Assembly: GCF_054482525.1 (NCBI RefSeq)
Contig: NZ_CM137006.1
Reading direction: 5' to 3' (one strand)
DNA: 64,000 nt
Shown: in pieces, positions 57,536 through 64,000 of the stretch
Layout: each line of letters opens with the position of its first letter
Position numbering within the stretch: the stretch's first letter is position 1
The notes under the pieces: model-generated
Seen by the model: only the letters and a program-made list of their open reading frames with translations
What the model was told of the DNA's origin: nothing
Databases searched by the model: none
Made by a program: the position numbers and the translations under genes

Positions 57536-58426
57536 ATGCGTAAGTTCATTTTCGTATTGCTGACACTGCTTTTGGTCAGCCCTTTTTCCTTTGCGATGAA
57601 AGGTATTATCTGGCAGCCACAAAACCGTGATAGTCAGGTTACCGATACCCAGTGGCAGGGGCTGATGAGTCAGTTACGTTTGCAAGGCTTCGATACCCTG
57701 GTTTTGCAATGGACCCGTTACGGCGATGCATTCACCCAGCCAGAACAGCGCGCGTTATTGTTTAAGCGTGCCGCAGCTGCGCAACAGGCTGGCCTGAAGC
57801 TGATTGTCGGGCTGAATGCCGATCCGGAATTTTTTATGCACCAGAAACAGTCATCCGCGGCGCTGGAAAGCTATCTTAACCGCCTGCTGGCTGCCGATCT
57901 CCAGCAAGCCAGATTATGGAGCGCCGTACCTGGCGTAACGCCGGATGGCTGGTACATCAGCGCGGAAATTGACGACCTGAACTGGCGCAGCGAAGCCGCC
58001 CGTCAGCCTTTGCTGACATGGTTAAACAACGCGCAGCGGTTGATTAGCGATGTTTCAGCAAAACCGGTTTATATCAGTAGTTTTTTCGCCGGAAACATGT
58101 CGCCCGATGGCTATCGCCAACTGCTGGAACACGTTAAAACAACCGGCGTTAATGTCTGGGTACAGGATGGCAGCGGCGTGAATAAACTTACCGCTGAACA
58201 GCGTGAACGTTATCTACAGGCCAGCGCCGATTGCCAAAGTTCCGCCCCTGCCAGCGGCATTGTTTATGAACTGTTTGTCGCCGGCAAAGGCAAAACCTTT
58301 ACAGCGAAACCGAAACCGGATGCAGAGATCGCCTCGCTGTTAGCGAAACGTTCCTCTTGCGGTAAAGACACGCTCTATTTCTCTCTGCGCTATTTGCCCG
58401 TTGCGCACGGCATTCTCGAGTATTAA
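57536..58426 (+). CDS. ybcH: Uncharacterised periplasmic/lipoprotein-like protein YbcH
   Basis: 296-aa ORF with signal peptide directly after nfrA. Confidence 0.85.
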   Translation: MRKFIFVLLTLLLVSPFSFAMKGIIWQPQNRDSQVTDTQWQGLMSQLRLQGFDTLVLQWTRYGDAFTQPEQRALLFKRAAAAQQAGLKLIVGLNADPEFFMHQKQSSAALESYLNRLLAADLQQARLWSAVPGVTPDGWYISAEIDDLNWRSEAARQPLLTWLNNAQRLISDVSAKPVYISSFFAGNMSPDGYRQLLEHVKTTGVNVWVQDGSGVNKLTAEQRERYLQASADCQSSAPASGIVYELFVAGKGKTFTAKPKPDAEIASLLAKRSSCGKDTLYFSLRYLPVAHGILEY

Positions 58427-58608
58427 ATCTCCTCCAGGTAAGTCGGGTACGACCTGGCTTACCTCTTTCGCTCTCGTCAGAATTCCATCAAGATTAATTG
58501 CTAAAAAGCGTGCTAAAGAAAGAAGATCGTTATCGGCGAACGGGCCGATCACTCATGCAGGAAGCATAGATCCTTTGAGCGGAGTTTCTGATATCTGAGG
58601 AGTGCGAA

Positions 58609-59370
58609 ATGCAATTGAGCAGTAGTGAACCTTGCGTGGTGATCCTGACCGAAAAAGAGGTAGAGGTAAGCGTTAATAACCATGCTACGTTTACCCTTCC
58701 GAAAAACTACCTGGCCGCCTTCGCGTGCAACAATAACGTCATTGAACTCTCAACGTTAAATCACGTATTAATCACCCACATCAACCGTAACATCATCAAC
58801 GATTATCTGTTGTTTTTAAATAAGAACTTAACCTGCGTAAAGCCCTGGTCGCGGCTGGCAACCCCGGTTATCGCTTGTCATAGCCGTACACCGGAAGTGT
58901 TCCGGCTAGCCGCCAACCACAGCAAGCAGCAACCCAGCAAACCCTGCGAAGCGGAGTTGACGCGCGCATTGCTTTTTACCGTATTGTCTAACTTTCTTGA
59001 GCAATCGCGGTTTATTGCCCTACTGATGTATATCTTACGCAGTAGCGTCCGCGACAGCGTCTGCCGCATTATTCAAAGCGATATTCAGCATTACTGGAAT
59101 CTGCGAATTGTCGCCAGTTCGCTATGTTTAAGCCCCAGCCTGCTCAAAAAGAAATTAAAAAACGAAAATACCAGCTATAGCCAGATTGTCACAGAGTGTC
59201 GTATGCGTTACGCCGTACAGATGTTATTGATGGATAACAAAAATATCACTCAGGTAGCGCAATTATGTGGCTATAGCAGCACGTCGTACTTTATCTCTGT
59301 TTTTAAGGCGTTTTACGGCCTGACACCGTTGAATTATCTCGCCAAACAGCGACAAAAAGTGATGTGGTGA
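58609..59370 (+). CDS. envY: AraC-family transcriptional regulator EnvY
   Basis: 253-aa ORF with C-terminal AraC HTH (ITQVAQLCGYSSTSYFISVFKAFYGLTP). Confidence 0.85.
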   Translation: MQLSSSEPCVVILTEKEVEVSVNNHATFTLPKNYLAAFACNNNVIELSTLNHVLITHINRNIINDYLLFLNKNLTCVKPWSRLATPVIACHSRTPEVFRLAANHSKQQPSKPCEAELTRALLFTVLSNFLEQSRFIALLMYILRSSVRDSVCRIIQSDIQHYWNLRIVASSLCLSPSLLKKKLKNENTSYSQIVTECRMRYAVQMLLMDNKNITQVAQLCGYSSTSYFISVFKAFYGLTPLNYLAKQRQKVMW

Positions 59371-59415
59371 AGGGCAAAGCGGAAACAGATAAGACGGGCA
59401 TAAATGAAGAAGAAA

Positions 59416-59492
59416 TGGCGCGCCCTGCAGGATTCGAACCTGCGGCCCACGACTTAGAAGGTCGTTGCTCTATCCAACTGAGCTAAGGGCGC
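59416..59492 (-). tRNA. argU: tRNA-Arg (anticodon UCU), argU-type
   Basis: Minus-strand 77 nt GCGCCCTTAGCTCAGTTGGATAGAGCAACGACCTTCTAAGTCGTGGGCCGCAGGTTCGAATCCTGCAGGGCGCGCCA: cloverleaf, TPsiC loop GGTTCGAATCC, anticodon loop CUUCUAA, encoded CCA. Confidence 0.9.
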
Positions 59493-59734
59493 GTTGATAC
59501 CGCAATGCGGTGTAATCGCGTGAATTATACGGTCAACCCTTGCTGAGTCAATGGCTTTTGATCTGTTTGCTGAACAAGTGAACGACCGCGTCTGATTTTC
59601 TGATTTATTTCGCTATAGCGGCAAACAAACGTACACCGCTGCGCGTCTGAATCAAGAAAACCCGTATTTTCATGTATCAAAGTACAATTTCCCGCCCTAA
59701 CGGAAAATTGTCCGATCCTATGAGACTGGTAACT

Positions 59735-60367
59735 ATGAAACCAACGTCGGTGATCATTATGGATACTCATCCTATCATCAGAATGTCTATTGAAGTTCTG
59801 TTGCAAAAAAACAGTGAATTGCAAATTGTCCTGAAAACGGATGATTATCGCATAACCATCGATTATCTCCGAACCCGTCCTGTTGATTTAATCATTATGG
59901 ATATAGACTTGCCCGGAACAGACGGTTTTACCTTCCTGAAAAGGATCAAACAAATCCAGAGCACAGTGAAAGTATTATTTTTATCATCGAAATCAGAATG
60001 CTTTTATGCTGGCAGAGCGATACAAGCTGGTGCTAACGGTTTTGTCAGTAAATGCAATGATCAGAATGATATTTTTCACGCCGTTCAGATGATCCTCTCC
60101 GGATACACTTTTTTCCCCAGCGAAACGCTCAACTATATAAAAAGCAATAAATGCAGTACGAATAGTTCAACGGTCACGGTGCTATCTAATCGTGAAGTGA
60201 CCATATTACGTTATCTGGTTAGCGGATTATCCAATAAAGAAATTGCCGATAAGTTATTACTTAGCAATAAAACAGTTAGTGCGCATAAATCTAATATTTA
60301 TCGCAAGCTAGGTTTGCATTCAATTGTAGAGCTTATCGACTACGCCAAATTATATGAATTAATATAA
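59735..60367 (+). CDS. fimZ: LuxR/FixJ-family response regulator FimZ
   Basis: ORF 59672-60367; start at MKPTSVIIMDTHPIIRMSIEVLL gives 210 aa; receiver domain plus LuxR HTH. Confidence 0.9.
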   Translation: MKPTSVIIMDTHPIIRMSIEVLLQKNSELQIVLKTDDYRITIDYLRTRPVDLIIMDIDLPGTDGFTFLKRIKQIQSTVKVLFLSSKSECFYAGRAIQAGANGFVSKCNDQNDIFHAVQMILSGYTFFPSETLNYIKSNKCSTNSSTVTVLSNREVTILRYLVSGLSNKEIADKLLLSNKTVSAHKSNIYRKLGLHSIVELIDYAKLYELI

Positions 60368-60369
60368 TA

Positions 60370-60885
60370 TTAATTATAATTGATCATAAATATCGCATCC
60401 GCTTTCGCCACACCTGGCTGAACACCGCTGGCTAACGCTCGATAATTGGCAAAAAAGTTTAGTGTGACATTGCCATTTGCATCTACTTCCTCAGTCGGGC
60501 TCGCCTCCCCCAGTGCGAGCCGGGAGCGATCGCTATTACGTAATTCGATGGCGACGGTTTGTGCCATTGCGGGATCATCCAAAGCCAGCAGGTTGGCATC
60601 AGCTGCCGGCGTTCCCGTAAATAAAATCGCAACTGAACCCGGAGGACATCCCTCCAGCCGCAGGCTAAAAGGGACGAGTGCCGTGGTATCGCCAGCGCTC
60701 AGTAATTGTGTCGTAGGCCATCTGCCTAAATCTACCGTCTTATCCTTATCCGCTGTGTTTACGGTACAGGAGAAATCAACAACGTTACCGTGCAAATTGA
60801 TATTAATCGTTCCTAAAGGGTCAACTGCCCATCCACTGGAACTCCACAGTAGCCCGCAGAAACAGCTAAAGAGTACTCTTCTCAT
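60370..60885 (-). CDS. sfmF: Fimbrial-like minor subunit SfmF
   Basis: ORF 60370-61080; start at MRRVLFSCFCGLLWSSSGWA (signal peptide) gives 171 aa. Confidence 0.85.
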   Translation of the reverse strand: MRRVLFSCFCGLLWSSSGWAVDPLGTININLHGNVVDFSCTVNTADKDKTVDLGRWPTTQLLSAGDTTALVPFSLRLEGCPPGSVAILFTGTPAADANLLALDDPAMAQTVAIELRNSDRSRLALGEASPTEEVDANGNVTLNFFANYRALASGVQPGVAKADAIFMINYN

Positions 60886-60895
60886 TCTCCGTACC

Positions 60896-61903
60896 TCATT
60901 GATAATCGACGCGTAAATACCCCAGCGCGCTAAACGGCCCTTCGGTCGGTTTTTGACCGGTAATACTGATAGGCCAGGCGCGAAGTGTGACATTGGCTGC
61001 CGCAGCTGCATCCAGACGGAAAGGAATAACGCTATTGAGATCGTTAGGCGTGATCGGCGTATCGTTCTGATCGGCCACAATAAAACCTAAATCCTGATTG
61101 TCCGACACCATCGCCTGACCAGAAACGGCACTGGCTTCCAGACGCATTGTTAAATAAGCCTGCGCAGCAACATTCGTACATTTGATCGCAATGCTCTTGG
61201 TTTGCGGCATGACACCAGCTGGTCGATTCCCCGGCCCTGCCGCACTAAATAACGATGCGCCGATATCACCAAAATCAAATTCAACAATTTGCCCGGCATT
61301 TAATTCGCAGTTTTGCGGTACTTCAACCCGGCCCCCAAAACTAATGGTATAAACAGGTGTAACCAACGGATCGTTAGGCGTTGATGTCACATACACGGTA
61401 AACATCACCTGTCTGGGGATCTCCACCATGTTAATAAAGGGACGAATAACCTTTAAACGAAATATCAAACGAGAATCCATCACCCCGAACGGAAGGTTTT
61501 GCGAAACGTTAGGATCTGTTCCCATACGAATATAATTTTGCGGGGGGAATTGAATATCCATCACGCTATCAACCAGACTCATCGCACCTAATAGATAATC
61601 ATTTAATTGCATATATTTATAATTATCGATAGTTTCCTGAACAATAAAGTTGGTGACATAACTACGGTATGTATAATTCACCAGCGTGCCGGGTGGACAA
61701 ATTGCTGACACACCTACCCAGCCGGATTTTTCCGGTAAAACAACAATCTGGCCTGGCTGGTTATTGGTGCTATTAAAGACATTTGAGAGATCATAGTGTT
61801 CATCTTCTGCTACGCCAGTACTATTTGCACAAACAGTAGCCCAGGATATGTTTGCCAGACACAAACATGCCATTGCCAATAATAATCTGCAGATTATCTT
61901 CAT
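60896..61903 (-). CDS. sfmH: Fimbrial adhesin-like protein SfmH (FimH-like)
   Basis: 335-aa ORF with signal peptide; sits between usher and sfmF. Confidence 0.85.
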   Translation of the reverse strand: MKIICRLLLAMACLCLANISWATVCANSTGVAEDEHYDLSNVFNSTNNQPGQIVVLPEKSGWVGVSAICPPGTLVNYTYRSYVTNFIVQETIDNYKYMQLNDYLLGAMSLVDSVMDIQFPPQNYIRMGTDPNVSQNLPFGVMDSRLIFRLKVIRPFINMVEIPRQVMFTVYVTSTPNDPLVTPVYTISFGGRVEVPQNCELNAGQIVEFDFGDIGASLFSAAGPGNRPAGVMPQTKSIAIKCTNVAAQAYLTMRLEASAVSGQAMVSDNQDLGFIVADQNDTPITPNDLNSVIPFRLDAAAAANVTLRAWPISITGQKPTEGPFSALGYLRVDYQ

Positions 61904-61915
61904 TGATAATTTCCT

Positions 61916-64000
61916 TTATGAGCCAGGATGTGTGCAAACTGCCGAAATAACAGTGACGGCTTGCTGTAAGCTTTGCTTCGGCAATACATAGTGCGCAATG
62001 CAGCGTGAGTTCGCGCCGTCTCCCCACTGAACCAGTAATTCACCAGACAATGGCGCACCGCTTAAATAAACTTGCCCGTCATCACCCACCATACTGGTTA
62101 TTCCGGTACTGTTTTCCCGTACCAGTGATCCAAACGGCACCGGTTTTCCGCCCTGGGTAACGGTAATGAGCGCCCGCACGCCTATGCGGGTATCAAAATT
62201 GGCACGAACCAACGCGCCTTGCGTCGGCACAACGCTGCTAATATTTTTTTCAACATCGATGGAATTCCCCATCGTATTGGTATCAAGCGCGATACGGTTA
62301 TACCGATAAACCGTGGCATACGGCATCACCGCATAGCCGCGCCAGTCGGTTAAAATGCCAGTTTGATTTTCAATGCGTACACCGCCTGCGCCAGGCGCTT
62401 TAATCAAAACATTGGTATCCCCTAAAGGCTGGCTCAGCGTTATGCCATTTTCATGTCCGACCACACCGCCAGACAGCTGCCAGTTAACGTCATGTTGATC
62501 GCGGTCGTAGTTATACCCGACCCCCAGCGTACCGTAAGCGGCCTGCCAGTTTGCCGTGGCGCTGCCCGTATACCCATTATTCGAGGTATCGCCCTGGCTT
62601 ACGTGATAACTCAGGTTGTGGCCTTCCAGTAAGGTCCCACCAACGCCTGCCAGCCAGCTATTTTGCCCGTTGCTGTTACGGTTGGCGTTAAAGGAGGCAT
62701 AAGCGCGGTCGAGCGCATTTTCCCGGGTGTAGCGACGTTTGGTCAGAACATTGAAAGGCACTGAAACATTAAGTCCGACAATACGTTCGTTATCGGGGAT
62801 CCCTACAGATTCATTCCACGAAAATGAGAGTGAATAACTGATGCCAACCCAGCTGCTGGTATACCCCACCTGATACCAGGTATCTGAATCCGAAGTATTC
62901 CAGTATTTTTGATGGGTACCAGAAATATAAAGCGAGCCAAAGTCATTAAGTGATTGTGAAATATTTAACTGTAAACGGTCTTTACGACTAAAGCGTAAAT
63001 TGTGGTAATTCACGATTATCGGTTCATCGCGATGCTCACCGTCATAATCGTAATCATATTCGTACCCCTCCATTCGACGATACGCAACATCATCAAGGGT
63101 ATAAAAACCTTGTGTCGAATAGCGGTAACCCATTAACTGAAAATTGGTGCCGAAAGTGTTCATTGATTTCGCATAGAGGAAGCGAATGGAATCCCCCTCA
63201 TGACGACTGTCGTCGGCTAACTGACTGCGCGCATGCGTTACATCCAGCGACACTGCGCCCCAGTTCCCGAGATTGCGCCCCAGCCCTAATAAAAAGGCGG
63301 TGTAATTGGCAGATAATTGCGTCCCGCCGTAGGCAGTAAATTCCTGTGGTAAACCGCCGAGTGCCGTGCCCTGAAAAAAGAAAGGCGACGATTGCTGACT
63401 ATTACCGCTACGAAAATCGCCCGCCGTCAGGTCAAATTTGAAACGCCCTTCGCGTTGTAAAATCGGCACTGTTGAATACGGAATTGTATAATTCTGCTGA
63501 TTGCCATCGCGCTCGTCGATGGTGACATCCAGATCGCCATTTGAAGATGTCGGGTGCAAATCTGTAATTTCAAAAGCGCCGGGGGAAACATAGCTTTGAT
63601 AGATAATAAAACCATTTTGCCGAATCGTTAGCTGGGCCGCCGTACGGGCAATCCCACGTACCGTTGGGGCAAACCCTTGCTGGCTATCAGGATACATATT
63701 ATCGGAAGAATAAAGCCGTACACCACGAAATCCAACGCCATCGAAAATATCACTTCCTGTATTGCCGTCTCCCATTACCAGTTCACTTTTCAGCGGAATA
63801 ATGGCGCGCTGTACCCAGGTGCCAATATTATTCCACTGTTCTGAATGATATCCATTTCCGCGAAAATAGTTCCAGGAACCATTGTTGCGTAAACGCCACG
63901 GGCCAATATTAATCCCGCTGAGCTCACTAAAAAAATAGCTATCGTTACCATTACCTCTGTTACCGGTGAAATTATAATTCAGGAGTAAAGCAGGAATACC
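61916..64000 (-). CDS. sfmD: Fimbrial outer-membrane usher SfmD (3' part; 5' end beyond window)
   Basis: Open frame running to the window edge; usher family by recollection (FimD-like); C-terminal paired cysteines. Confidence 0.85.
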   Translation of the reverse strand, partial: GIPALLLNYNFTGNRGNGNDSYFFSELSGINIGPWRLRNNGSWNYFRGNGYHSEQWNNIGTWVQRAIIPLKSELVMGDGNTGSDIFDGVGFRGVRLYSSDNMYPDSQQGFAPTVRGIARTAAQLTIRQNGFIIYQSYVSPGAFEITDLHPTSSNGDLDVTIDERDGNQQNYTIPYSTVPILQREGRFKFDLTAGDFRSGNSQQSSPFFFQGTALGGLPQEFTAYGGTQLSANYTAFLLGLGRNLGNWGAVSLDVTHARSQLADDSRHEGDSIRFLYAKSMNTFGTNFQLMGYRYSTQGFYTLDDVAYRRMEGYEYDYDYDGEHRDEPIIVNYHNLRFSRKDRLQLNISQSLNDFGSLYISGTHQKYWNTSDSDTWYQVGYTSSWVGISYSLSFSWNESVGIPDNERIVGLNVSVPFNVLTKRRYTRENALDRAYASFNANRNSNGQNSWLAGVGGTLLEGHNLSYHVSQGDTSNNGYTGSATANWQAAYGTLGVGYNYDRDQHDVNWQLSGGVVGHENGITLSQPLGDTNVLIKAPGAGGVRIENQTGILTDWRGYAVMPYATVYRYNRIALDTNTMGNSIDVEKNISSVVPTQGALVRANFDTRIGVRALITVTQGGKPVPFGSLVRENSTGITSMVGDDGQVYLSGAPLSGELLVQWGDGANSRCIAHYVLPKQSLQQAVTVISAVCTHPGS

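Noticed and set aside
56838-57622. Minus-strand ORFs of 100-145 aa overlapping the nfrA 3' end and the ybcH start
   Set aside because: Overlap two intact plus-strand genes; no independent signals.

Overview
Escherichia coli-type chromosomal segment (~64 kb), colinear with the K-12 region citT-rna-rnk-uspG-ahpFC-dsbG-ybdONML-ybdH-cstA-enterobactin ent/fep cluster-IS186/hok-ybdK-nfsB-ybdG-pheP-cusCFBA/cusRS-nfrBA-ybcH-envY-argU-fimZ-sfm, read in reverse of K-12 numbering. Almost every long ORF is a recognisable housekeeping, iron-uptake, copper-efflux or fimbrial gene; I found no CRISPR array, no rRNA and no clearly novel multi-gene system. Gene identities and all comparisons with K-12 are from memory of the protein families and the MG1655 map; no search was run. 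Departures worth a second look: (1) two tandem, diverged hok/mok toxin loci, each split by an identical IS186 at the same GGGG-N6-CCCC site but in opposite orientation; (2) nfrB interrupted by a single frameshift; (3) envY sits ~45 bp from the 3' end of tRNA-Arg(UCU) with no prophage, ompT or appY between; (4) no ybdR between rnk and uspG; (5) the AT-rich ybdO-ybdN-ybdM island (PP-loop ATPase plus ParB-like pair). Coordinates of short motifs may be off by 1-2 bp.
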